Positions 1-12,144 of a stretch of DNA of 64,000 bases are shown one piece after another; the stretch's first letter is position 1; each line of letters starts with the position of its first letter. Below the pieces are notes generated by a model. That model was not told where the DNA came from. It searched no databases and saw nothing but the letters and a program-made list of their open reading frames with translations. Source of the stretch: the human T2T-CHM13v2.0 reference genome, Homo sapiens; assembly GCF_009914755.1 (NCBI RefSeq), contig NC_060938.1. One strand, 5' to 3'. The position numbers and the translations under genes were made by a program.

Positions 1-585
<585 letters not shown>

Positions 586-1094
586 TGCATTGAGTCTTAA
601 GGGCAGTGACCAAGTATCTTTCACAGTAGAAACACAATAGGAATAGCTGCAGAAGGTTCAGTTGTGCTCAGAGGAAGGCTGGCTGGCATCAGTGTACCCA
701 CCTATGTCTGGCCTGCGTGTGTCCCAGCCTCACAGGCTGCTCTGCTGCTTTTATCAGCCCTGAGAATATCTGTCTTTAAGGTGGGTCCACACTTAGCAAA
801 CTCAGACAGGATGAGATATATAATCAAGACACACTTAATTTAAAATGGCAAATTACATCACCAAATCAGCATATTCTCCACTGGAAAGGAGAGGCCCACA
901 TAGCCAAATTATAATCTGCAGGTTTCTGAGCCAGTGTTAAATCTGAACAGAGAAAAGATTTTTTTTTCAATTGGCAAATTTTAATGACATCACTCATTGA
1001 TACCCCAAAATCTCCAGTTCTTACCAAGCTTGGCCTTGCCCAGTGGTTCCTCTGTTCCCTCAACAATGTTTCATGGAATCTAACAACTTCCCTA

Positions 1095-1367
1095 CCCACT
1101 AACCTTCTCAGCTTTCATGGTGAACCAAGCCTCCTCTGTCGCACTAACCTTCCCAGCTTTCATGGTGAACCAAGCCTCCTCTGTCCCGCTAACCATTCTC
1201 AGCTTTCATGGTGAACCAAGCCTCCTCTGTCCCGCTAACCTTCTCAGCTTTCATGGTGAACCAAGCCTCCTCTGTCCCGCTAACCATTCTCAGCTTTCAT
1301 GGTGAACCAAGCCTCCTCTGTCCCACTAACCTTCTCAGCTTTCATAGTAAACCAAGCCTTCTCTGTC
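1095..1367. repeat. Minisatellite/VNTR, six copies of a 45/46-bp unit
   Basis: The unit ctaacc(a)ttctcagctttcatggtgaaccaagcctcctctgtccc(a/g) starts at 1099, 1144, 1189, 1235, 1280 and 1326, with no spacers. Confidence 0.97.
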
Positions 1368-1699
1368 TGATGGGCCCTTTCTTAGATGGTGTTAACACAT
1401 CTGACAAAGTTAATCCTATCTCATGCTGTCCAGTGTGCCATCCTGCCTCTTGCTGGTAACTTTGTATTTCTCTAATCAATAGTTTGATGCTAAGTTTCAG
1501 GAGGCATTCTTTTTCTCCTTTCTAAAGTGTGGAAATCCCCTATGCCTTTCTGTTGAGTCCTCTAAATTTCTTGTGTATTCATGCATATTTCGTTTTCGGT
1601 AGCAAGGCTATCTAGATTTTTATCAGAATTTAAAGCAGTCTGTCAGGATCTTACCTGCCACCAAAAAAAAAAAAACCCCAGGAAAACCCTGCTTTAAAA

Positions 1700-1860
1700 T
1701 CAGGCCATGTTTCTGTGCCAACTCCACAACTTACTAAATAGACTTGGGCATTTAGTTACTTTCTCTAGGTTTTAGTGTGTCTGTCTACACAGTGAGGAAC
1801 TGTGAGTATCTACCTTATAGGGTTATTGAAAAGATTAACTGAGATTATCTATAAAGTACT
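1700..1860 (+). mobile_element. MIR SINE fragment
   Basis: Degenerate MIR core: gacttgggca...tatctaccttatagggttattgaaaagattaactgaga. Confidence 0.65.
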
Positions 1861-2814
1861 TATCTTCCCTCTTTTGGCTTTGTGCTACTTTTGTCTTTTC
1901 TCCCCTTATCTGTTCTTCAGGTTCCTTTTCTTCCTTTTTTTTTTTTTTTAACCCAAGTTCTCCTCCTCCCTGTTGGAAGTGGGGACTGACTGACTAGGCT
2001 TTATCTGCTGGGGTCTGGCCTTGGGCCCTGCACTTCCCACCCCCAGCCCTGCACCCTGGCTGGATTCCACCCCCTTCATTTCTTTAGTCCTAATCTTCAA
2101 AGGACTAAGAAGGCAAAAATGGAAGCACTAGAAGAGCCTGAAAAATGTTCCAAGGGCCCTTTCCTTCCAGTAAAGTAAGCATTCCCAGGAACTTAGAAGT
2201 TTACAGCTAGGTATAGTGTCTTAGACCATGGAATGAGAAATCTTTTATTTGGCCAGCAAGCAGAATGCTTTCCAATGTTTAAATGAGTTTTGTTTGTTTC
2301 TTCAGCATTTCTTTTGAAAGATACATATAATCTCAGGGTATGCTTAAGCTAAAATAATAATAATAAATTTTTTAAAAAATAAAGATACATACAAGAGAGA
2401 CTGGAGCATTTTATTTAATATTGGTACTGTTTTGTCCTCTACACTGCCTCAGTTGCATGTAGGATAATGCTAGTAATTCAGTATTACCAGTTCATATATA
2501 GCCAACATTCCTGGGAAGCCATATGGACTATAGAAAGGCATTTACCAAGATTGAAAAAGTAAGTGGTTAAGAACATTTGAAAAGCACTTCATTTTAAAAA
2601 GTGATTTTCAAGCCATTGTAACACCTCTAAGATCTTGTCAGTGTTATTTTAAAGACAGAAGACTACAAAAAGCTTAGCAAAGGAATATACTGCTGTGAAT
2701 GAAGTAAAGCTCAATGCAAGAGGCTGCCAGATATCTTGAAACCAAGAAAATGATCAAAGTAAAGCAAAAACTAAGACTCAGCTACCAGTATACCCTGCTT
2801 GGTGCAGTAGTTAC

Positions 2815-2940
2815 TGTTTATTCATTCTCTCCACAGATCTATATTGAGAGCCTATTGTGTGCAGACACCATCTAGGTGCTTGGAATATGTTGGCAAACAA
2901 GACAGGCACAAATCCTTACTCTCATCAAACTTACATTCCT
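2815..2940 (-). mobile_element. L2 LINE 3' end
   Basis: tattcattc...tattgagagcctattgtgtgcagacacc...aacaagacaggcacaaatcc matches the typical antisense L2 3' end. Confidence 0.65.
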
Positions 2941-3030
2941 CTTCTCCTGAAAAATCAAACTTAACCAAACCCATTTTACTAATAGTAATTTTAAAAGAAG
3001 CCCCTCCCCCGCCCCTTAAAAAAAAAAAAA

Positions 3031-3313
3031 GATAGGGTCTCGCTCTGTCACCTAGGCTGGACTGCAGTGGCATGGTCTCAGCTCACTACAGCCTCAAACT
3101 CCTGGGCTCAAGTGATACTCCCACCTCAGCCTCCTGAGTAGCTGGCACTACAGTGCGTGCCATCATGCCCAGCTAATTTTTAAGAAATGTTTTGTAGAGA
3201 TGGGGTCTCGCTATGTTGCCCAGGCTGGTCTTGAACTCCTGGGCTCAAGTAGTCATCCTGCCTTGGCCTCCCAGAGTGTTAAGATTACAAATGAGAGCCA
3301 CCACACCTGGCCC
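3031..3313 (-). mobile_element. AluJ-like SINE
   Basis: gatagggtctcgctctgtcacctaggctgg...gagccaccacacctggccc. Confidence 0.92.
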
Positions 3314-3719
3314 AAAGAAGGCTTTTATAAAGCAAAATCACCAACTTTTAAAATCTAACACAGATTATTTCCATATGTCCCACTTGCTGTGTGACCTTGA
3401 TTTTGAAGAGGAAGCAAAATAGACTGGTGTGTAATCTTAACCTTTCTTCCAAGGGCATCTGTTTTGCACTCCCTTCTTAGCTTATATTCACTTTGTTATC
3501 TTATATGCTATCTAGAGAGTAAAGGGTGAAGAAGTAATGAGCTAAGGGTGAAATAAAGCCTATCTTATTTGGACTTAATAAATTGTATGACTCCTTTAAG
3601 AAGTAACTGAACATGCAAAGCTTCAGAGGTACTAGTTATAGTCTATTAAGGAGGTTGTTTCATTTTTATTATTTTAAAAAAATACACATATGAGTACTTA
3701 TATAGTATTTTTTTCCTTT

Positions 3720-4355
3720 CAAAGTTTTGGCATAATTCCAAATTTACAGAAAAGTTTACAAGAAGAGTACAAAGAATTCCTGCACACTCTTTACCCAAGT
3801 TCCTGAATGTCAATATTTTATCACATTTACATCCTCTCTCATATCAATTTTTCTCATCTATTTGAGAGTAGCAAACGTGATGTCCTTTTATCCCTAAATA
3901 CTTTGATTGTATATTTCCTAAAAAGAAAGGCATTCTCTTACGTAACTACAGTACAGTGATCAATATCAGCAGTTAACATTGATCCAAAACTGTATTCAAA
4001 TTTCATCAGTTTCCTCAATAATGTCCTTTATAGCAAAAGAGAAAGTTCATGCATTGAGTTATGTCTCTTTAGTCTCCATTAATTTGGAACAGTTCCACAA
4101 TTTTTTGTTTCATGGCATCAACACATTGCATAGCATGGACCAGTTATTTTATAAACTCTGAGGAACATTCTACTTTGGGTTTTCCACTCACCGTTTCTTT
4201 ATAATTAGACCCGGGTTATGTACTTTTACCAAGAATACCAAAGAAGTAATGTGTTCTTCCTGGTGCATCATATCAGGAGGCACATCCTATCGATCTGTCT
4301 GATTACTGATGATGTTAACTTTGATTGATTGGTTAAGTTGGTGTTTACCAGGTTG
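3720..4355 (-). mobile_element. Old L1 (L1MC/MD-like) 3' region
   Basis: aatttacagaaaagtttacaagaagagtacaaagaattcc...catatcaggaggcacat...gatgttaactttgat resembles an antisense L1M 3' UTR. Confidence 0.6.
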
Positions 4356-4653
4356 TGAATAATTGTTGACAAGTATAATTTCAAAATTTTTTTTAAAATT
4401 TAAGTGGCTGAAACTAAACTAATAAACTGCAAATGTAGTTAATAGAAGAGGTCCTTAAAAGCTGATTGGCACATGAGGTATGCATAATGTAGATTTAGCA
4501 TATACATAATATACATAATCCTCCAAAAGGTTTTAAAACCATTTGTTCCTAAATGGTCTAACCATTCTCCCACTGCCTTATTAATTTTAAATAGCTCCCT
4601 ACTTTCAGATAGTAGCAGAATAAACTTCACTAAACCTGTTAGAATTATTGCTA

Positions 4654-5115
<462 letters not shown>

Positions 5116-5974
5116 TTAATGAAGTACCCCAAAACATTTTTTAGAATGATTTTGGCCATCTCCTTTAGTAAAATCTATTTTTGTTTCATAGCACAAACAG
5201 AAGGCTAAAAGTAAACTATGAGTTCAGCTTTTAAAATTACTTTGTAATCAGGAAGCTTAAGGAAATCTAGAATTGAAATTGATTCTTTTGAAATAAATAA
5301 GTACTGAATTTTCAGCAAGTTGAATTTATCCTCACACCAGTAAGATGGTTCTATTCTGCTGTATATAGTCACAGATTAATATGTGCAGTTCACAGAGAAA
5401 GGTGTTAATGGGTTTCAGATAACATTGATACCGTAATTACAAATAATTGCATTTCTACTAACTTGGTAAATCAGTGCAAAACACTTTGGAGCTCTCTTTG
5501 GCATTTCTAGCTGGCATGTCTCGTACATTCCTTGATTTCAGAGTAGGCTAATGTAAAATGGCATTGGATCTTTTAGGATAATTGGTTCATCTCTTTGGCA
5601 TTCCACCCTGCCCCCACACCCTACTTTACTTATTCCTGGTATAAGAATTAAAAGTGACTGCTCAGGCGAAGACAGTGACAGTGGCTTCTGGAGGTCGTAC
5701 ATCAGGTTTCGCATAGAGATGACAGTGGAAAATGTATGTGTGGGTGTTCGGGCATGGGGGTGAGAGCAGAGTCATAAGTCCTTAACCCGTGGCCATTTCT
5801 TAGGGGGTTGGAGAAAAGACCTTATTACCTGGCTAAACAGGATTTTGTACGTCACTTGGATTTATCTGATTATTAAAAAAAAAAAAAAGAAACTGTTAAG
5901 ACCTACATAGTACATAGGGTGACAATCCTTATCCTCTGTGAGTTGAGGGAGGTGAGTAATCTCAAAAGCAGCTA

Positions 5975-6180
5975 GCATTCATTAAGTACTTTTGTGTACT
6001 AGGAACTCATATGAGCACTTGACATGAATTAATTCATTGTATCCTCACAACCGCATGATGCAAGTACGATAGTACAATCCCCAATTTCCAGATGAGGAAT
6101 CTAGGGCACTCAGAGTAACTTGGTCAAGGCCCCACTGGCAGTCTGGTTCCAATGCCCACACCCCCTTTCCCGTTACATGG
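5975..6180 (-). mobile_element. MIR SINE
   Basis: atcctcacaaccgcatgatg...ccccaatttccagatgaggaatctagggcactcagag is an antisense MIR core. Confidence 0.7.
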
Positions 6181-6339
6181 TACTACCTCCCCGTGGAGAG
6201 CTAAGTTCTAGAGTTAAAGAGGCAGAAGAGGCACACAGTATGACCACAGGGAGAGATGGGACAGAGACTCTGTATATAAAGAGATCAAAACCACATGGGC
6301 TGTCATTTTCATCCTTCCAGCCATGGCCTTAATGTAGGC

Positions 6340-6860
6340 CTCCTCTTTCTCACCCAGCCTTGCTTACTTGTTCATCTTCCCAGTTCTGGTCTCCTCCCAC
6401 TGGAAGCCATCCTCTACAGTGCTACCATGCACATCTGGTCATGACCCTCCCCTCTTTTAAATTCTTCCACTATAGTCCAGAAAAAAGACAGCTTCCCATC
6501 CCCGTAGCCTTGAATCCCAAACTCTGACTACATCAAGATCATCTTTAGAATTTGATAAAAATGCATATTGCCAGGCCACAACCCAGACCTACTGAAACAA
6601 GGTCTCTGTGCATGTGTCCTGGGAAAATGTTCTCTAACAGGCTGCCCAGCGTTTCTCATGTCAGCCAGGTTAGGGGACTGCTACACAGATGTGGAAAAGG
6701 TCAGAACTCCACCTCTGTGGCATGCCTGCTTGTCTGTCTTCCCCACTGGACTAGAAGCCCTGCGAGGTTTCATGCATGGCTTATTCCCCTCTGTCCATAG
6801 CACCTAGCAAATCTCTGGCACCTAGCCAGCATGCAACAAATGTTTTAAATACGTGCATGA
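6340..6860 (+). mobile_element. L2 fragment interrupted by a MER5-like MITE (~6510-6682)
   Basis: L2 3' end (ggactagaagccctgcgagg...cacctagc...caacaaatgtttt); the insert contains ccaggccacaacccagacctactgaaacaa, typical of MER5. Confidence 0.6.
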
Positions 6861-8698
6861 ATTATTACAAGGCAAGTTGTTCTCTCATGGGACAATTTAG
6901 GAGGATTGCATAAAGCAGGTTTTCCTCTCAACCAGTGAGTATTAATGCTGATTTCCAGGAGTGATGAGTTAAAAGAATCACAACCACCTTCTTTTCTCCT
7001 CCTATGGTTATTTTTCTAGCTTTGCCTCCAGGTAGTGATGGGCTTTTCAGCCAGCTATAGACATTCTACTCATTTAAACAGCAGAGTTTAGTTTTTGTAT
7101 TGGAAAGGCTAAAAACTCAAAAAGCAGAGCTACAGGGAATTTGCCAACAGAGTGGTTACCAGGTCCTTGCTTGGTCATTTATGACCTAATTTTGAGGGAG
7201 AGGAGTAAATGCAACAGTGATATTTAAGTTACTGGCTGAGTGGTAAATGCTTGTATCAAAAATCCTGCATTGCTGAATAGTATGTCTAATAGCACTCATA
7301 GCAAGAATTGGGTGTCATTGGCCTTGGGAATGAAGCAGAGCTGATGTTACCCAACAGAACAGTATACAGGAAACGATGGGTAAATAACAGAAGTCCAAGC
7401 ACAGATGGAGTTTCCAGTGGAAGAGAGCAAGGGCTTGCTGAGGCCAATGAGTGCAATGGGGAGTCAGATCTGTCAGCCCTGCCAGACCCTCAGCCTCTTA
7501 GGAAACAAGCATGCAACACAGACCCAGGTGTATGGCTCTCTAACAAGCTTGTTTAGTTAACAAAGAAGTGTTTGGTTTCATGCTTTCAGACCATCCCAAA
7601 GCCAGAGACAGACAAACAGCGTTCTGATGATTTGCTGCCATCTTTGGTATTTTTTCCTACCTATCCTGCTGGGTGCTGCTGTTCGTATGATGGCTCTGAA
7701 CAAACCGTGAGGCTGCGAGAAGACAGCAGCAGATACCATTGTTTGTCAGACCTTCCTGTGACCTACCATCTGCCTCTGTTCAAGAGAAAGGGAAAGGTTG
7801 CCCCAGAGGCGAGTTCGCAGTTGGGAGACACTGCTTTAACTTGGTGGTCCATGCCAGACCCGCCAAGAAGCAGTTTACAATGTGCATTCTAGCCCCTTGA
7901 AGTTTCTCTAACACTTACCAAGACAATAATATGGGGAGTTATTTTTAATCCTTGTGACGTATTTACGGTCTACCCATATTATAGTTCTTTTGAAATGGTT
8001 TGACTCTAGCAGTGGCAATGTGTGGTAAAAGTGATCTGTTGAAATGTTTTCAATTTCTGAAACATCAGTTAAGATGAAGAAAAGTTCACATTTATTGAGC
8101 ACCTACAACAGGAGCTTTCACAGATGTTCTCATTTGTGCTCCATAGTAATCCCTGCCAGTTGCTAAAGTAATTAATTCCCATTCCATAGAGGAGGAACTT
8201 GATGCCATAACCCACATGCCTTCCCTAGGGTATTAAGAGGGACGGAGGAGGTGGAATTTGACATGGTCCTCAGTGTCCTTTCCATTGTACCATACCCAGG
8301 CATGTTGTTTTCTTCAGCATTGGTCTACAGTTATTTATACAGAGGCCTTCATGTTTCATCAATTATTAACCCTTAACAATAGAACAAAAACATTTTATAA
8401 ATGTGACTGTGGGCCTCTTGGTTACGTGTGACCAGCTGAGAGCTGCACCTGTGGCTGTACCAACTATTACTGTTGCTTTCTTCAGCTTCCTAAAAGAAGA
8501 AAGGAATTGCTGCCCTTTGTTAGGCCTTTTCTGTCTGCCAGATACAATGTCTATGTGGATTTTTCTCAGTCCTCGTGACAGCTCCACAACATAGGTACAG
8601 ATAAGGAACCTGGGGTTCTGGTTAAAGTGATTTGCCAATGTGACACAGCTAGTAAGTGGCAGCACCAGGATTTGCCCCTGTGTCTCTGCCTGCCTCCC

Positions 8699-9060
8699 TG
8701 TATTAGTCTGTCCTCACACTGCTAATAAAGACATACTGGAGACTGGGTAATTTATAAAGGAAAGAGGTTTAATTGACTCATAGTTCCACATGGCTGTGGA
8801 GTCCTCACAATCATGGTGGAAGGCGAAGGGGAAGCAAGACACATCTTACATGGTGGCAGGCACGAGAGCACTTGTGTAGGGGAATTCCCCTTTATAAAAC
8901 CATCAGATCTTGTGTGAGACTTATTCACTATCATGAGAACAGCATGGGAAAGACCCGCCCCCATGATTCAATTACCTCCCACCAAGTCCCTCCCACGATA
9001 TGTGGGAATTATGAGAGCTGCAATTCAAAATGAGATTTGGATGGGGACACAGCCAAACCT
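8699..9060 (-). mobile_element. THE1B-like solo LTR (ERVL-MaLR)
   Basis: tgtattagtctgtcctcacactgctaataaagacatac...gagatttggatggggacacagccaaacc is the reverse complement of the THE1 LTR consensus. Confidence 0.92.
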
Positions 9061-9270
9061 TTTCATTCCCCATGTTCACTCACCTAGTGTCCTAATAGGA
9101 GCCTTCGCTAAAAGCTGTTGTCTGAAGGGGGAGAATCTTCTGGGCTTGGTTCAGAAAATACTCTACCACAGTTTAGAGAGTCAAGCACATAAGTGTTTTT
9201 ATGCCATCAGGTGAGTGCATTTTCTACCATCCTATTCAAATAAATATTACGTAATGTGTTTTTCCCCCAG

Positions 9271-9344
9271 ATCGGCCATGGATATGGAACATTCCTTATG
9301 TCAAAGCACCGGATACGCATGGGAACATGTGGGTGCCCTCCTGA
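9271..9344 (+). CDS. TDP1: Tyrosyl-DNA phosphodiesterase 1, coding part of the terminal exon: (D)[23 protein letters not shown]
   Basis: Acceptor tgtttttcccccag|AT at 9270/9271, phase 1. The translation matches the recalled TDP1 C-terminus (...[26 protein letters not shown]). TGA at 9342-9344. Too short for the ORF track. Confidence 0.96.
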
Positions 9345-9521
9345 GAATCTTGAGGCACTGTGAAATTTAAGTGTAAGACATTGAGCCACAAACATGGAAT
9401 CTCTTCTTTGTACTGGATGTCCACTTCCCTTAAAGTCTTATTTGCACCCTTACAAAATCTTTCCAAAGGTCACTCTTATGAATGGATGTTGGTTATACTT
9501 TTAATGGACATTAACATTCCT

Positions 9522-9527
9522 AATAAA
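9522..9527 (+). terminator. TDP1: Proximal polyadenylation signal AATAAA
   Basis: cctAATAAAgtattagtttc followed by U-rich cacttttatatgtttt. Confidence 0.6.
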
Positions 9528-9601
9528 GTATTAGTTTCTTAATTCACTTTTATATGTTTTGGAAAGAAAATTAGTGAACTTCTCTATGTTAAAAATACGT
9601 A

Positions 9602-9956
9602 CTGCTTGAGTATCCCCTGTCTGAAATGCTTGGGACCAGAAGTGTTTCAGCTTTTGGATTTTTTTGAATTTTGGAATATTTGCATAGCATAATGAGATAT
9701 CTTGGGAATGGGACCCAAATCTAAACACAAAATTCATTTATGTTTCATATACACCTTATATACAATAACCTAAAGGTGATTTTATATGATATTTTGAGTA
9801 ATTTTATGCATGAAACAAAGTTTTGACAGGCTTTTGACCGTGATTCATCACATGAGTTCAGGCATGGAAATTTTCATTTGGAGCATCATGTCAGCACTCA
9901 AAAAGTTCTGGATCTTGGAGCAGTTCAGATTTTCAGATTAGGGATGCTCAAATCTA
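9602..9956. mobile_element. Tigger4b/MER46-like TcMar MITE inside the TDP1 3' UTR
   Basis: Terminal inverted repeats ctgcttgagtatcccctgtctgaaa / tttcagattagggatgctcaaatct with TA flanks; body gaaatgcttgggaccagaagtgtttc. Confidence 0.85.
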
Positions 9957-10711
9957 TATAGATATAAAATTATCCTCACAGTAACATAGAATCTCTTGGT
10001 GCTGTCAGCTGTTGGGAATTGAAGATTGACTTTGTGCTTCCACCCTCCATCCAGAAAGGCACCCTTCATTCCACCAGAACTTTACCCAGGAAGAACACGA
10101 TCATTTCCTTTTTCACCGATGCCCTCTCTCAGCTTTCTGAGTACGTCTCTTGGGGTCGCTGGAGGTGATCCTAGGATCTGTCTCTGAGACCAATGTGCTG
10201 TTTCAGCCCCCTGCAGCTAAGAATTGTATTGACTGTCCTCACAGCGGCTTTTCATAGCTTTCAGCTTCAGCTTTACGAGGCTTCTCCTCTCTCCCTGGCA
10301 CCCTGCTGGCTGCCTCACTGCTTACAGACAGGTCCCACCAAACCCAAACACCTGCCTAGGGTAAATGGGTCTCTCTTCTATCCCCAGAAACTTTCAGAGG
10401 AAGCAGCTCATAGAAACATACAAAAGCACACAAGTATTTTGGGAAAAAATCCTAAAAGGTGACTTAATTTGATGCCTTAAATTCACAAGTGAGGAAGCTA
10501 AGGCCTAGAAGGTTAAGGATGTCCCCAGGGTCACACAGTGAGCGGGGCTCAGAGCTTGAGTGTCTTTGTGCTTTGTGTACATTGTGTTCTCCCTAGGGTG
10601 CTTTAGACCCTGTTTGTTTTCTTCTGCATGAGGCTGATTTCCAGTTTGTCATCAACCTCTTTATCTTATAATTTAGGATAGAGTTGAACGTTAGTCTTGA
10701 AAGATTTTCTA

Positions 10712-10963
10712 AAGTAGTCTTTCAAACTGTTCCTCAGAGGCCTAGGATTTTCCAAAAGTACCTTAGGAACCTTGTAGGCTGCAGTGGGGGTGTGGCGATA
10801 GAGCAGGAGGCAGGGAGACAGGGCTGCAGGGCCTCCCACCTTCCAACAGACAGGCTCTGCTGTATCTGTTGTACATACTGGGATTCTGTAAAGGACATTA
10901 TCTGGGGTGTTGTATGTATTTTTGTGTGTTCTGCTTTTTTTAAATAAACTTGAAAAGCTACTG
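10712..10963. mobile_element. hAT-Charlie-type MITE (MER112/MER5-like) at the distal end of the TDP1 3' UTR
   Basis: Inverted ends aagtagtctttcaaa / cttgaaaagctactg. Confidence 0.55.
10943..10948 (+). terminator. TDP1: Distal polyadenylation signal AATAAA
   Basis: Preceded by TGTA motifs (tgtatgta) and a U-rich tract; position consistent with a recalled ~1.6 kb TDP1 3' UTR. Confidence 0.75.
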
Positions 10964-11439
10964 AACTAATTTAACCAGTTGATTTTGCAGATAAGGCTTA
11001 AGCCTTTTGTGACCCTACCCTCTATGTACGAAAACATTACAACTCGACATCAGATGAGCTCAACAGCCATGAAAGGAAACAGGGAGAGCCCTGGGGCTGG
11101 TAGTGAAAGGCGACATCATGGTGGGGCTGGCCCCGCAGTTTAATCCGAGTGTCCAAAGGACCGTGGCAAAGAATGTGCGATTCTTACCATGCACTGGTCC
11201 CACCCACGTTGGGGCAGGGGCAGCATAGGCTTCCAGGTAATGCCAGGCAAGCCTCACAGTCAGCAGGGCATCCTCATCACAGCTGCAGTCAGTTGGCCTG
11301 CTCTGGAGCAGGACCCAGCCAATCAAGACAATGGTGGCAGATTGATAGCTACATGATGGCTATGTGGGGGTCACACGGGTACATTGCTTATCTGATCCAC
11401 ATAACAGCACAAGGAGGTGGATTGGCAAAATGGGTCAGA

Positions 11440-11660
11440 GCTCAGAGCTGGAGTCAGGTGGGCAGGGTTTGAATCTCAGCTCTGCCACTTACTGGCTGTG
11501 CAGCCTAGATCAGGTTATATAACTTCTCTGTGCCATGGTCCCCCAACTACAAAATGAAGGTGGTGATAATAATACCGTTTGTAGAGGGTTGATGTGTCTG
11601 GTGACTTAGTACATATAAAGTGTTAAGCCACGCCTGCACAGAATGAATACAAGTGCTTAC
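11440..11660 (+). mobile_element. MIR SINE
   Basis: gggtttgaatctcagctctgccacttactggctgtg...aacttctctgtgcc...aaaatgaagg. Confidence 0.8.
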
Positions 11661-12023
11661 TGCCGTCACTGTTACAGGTAGGTCATTAGGATTGTCTATG
11701 TTTTCCTGAAGGAAATTCAAAAGGTAAAATGCTTGTCCAAGGTCATACTTCTACAAAGTGCACTTTAGCAGCACCTGAACTCAGGTCAGACAGCACCTAA
11801 AGCCTCTTCTGTTAACTACTGGACTGTACAGCCAGAGCTCCAGGGCAGTGTGGTAGGCTGTATCTAAGGAGGTGGACTGTTTTTCCCAATCTATTGTGGA
11901 CAGATGACATTTTTAGAATATAAAGTCACGTGCTTGGATTGTGTCAACACTGTCAAATTGCTATGGAAGTCTCTGAATGCTTGCTTTGACCTTCTGAACT
12001 CAGCACCAGCCGGCCGTGCTGAG

Positions 12024-12144
12024 TCTCCATTTCCAGATGGGCCCTCCCAGGCCTAGAGGAGTACTACTCCAAGTCTGGCAGTAGTACTCACACTTGGAGT
12101 AGTATTCCTCTAGGCCCTGGGGGGGCCCCACCTGGAAATGGGGA
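12024..12144. repeat. Long near-perfect inverted repeat (stem ~51 bp, loop 17 nt)
   Basis: Arm 12024-12074 pairs with arm 12092-12144; see findings. Confidence 0.95.

Larger units (their letters stand above)
9345..10968 (+). other. TDP1: TDP1 3' UTR (long form; end approximate)
   Basis: Follows the stop codon and runs to the distal AATAAA at 10943-10948. Confidence 0.75.

Noticed and set aside
1095-1367. Regular ~45-bp repeats resembling a CRISPR array, with repetitive ORFs (984-1459)
   Set aside because: Units are contiguous with no unique spacers, there are no cas genes and the context is eukaryotic. The ORFs are translations of a minisatellite.
3001-3030. A-run where the T-run of an antisense Alu tail is expected
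   Set aside because: Best explained by decay and slippage of an old AluJ tail; no evidence of a separate element.
11999-12020. TCAGCACC resembling a REST/RE1 half-site
   Set aside because: The right half (GGACAG) is absent at canonical spacing.
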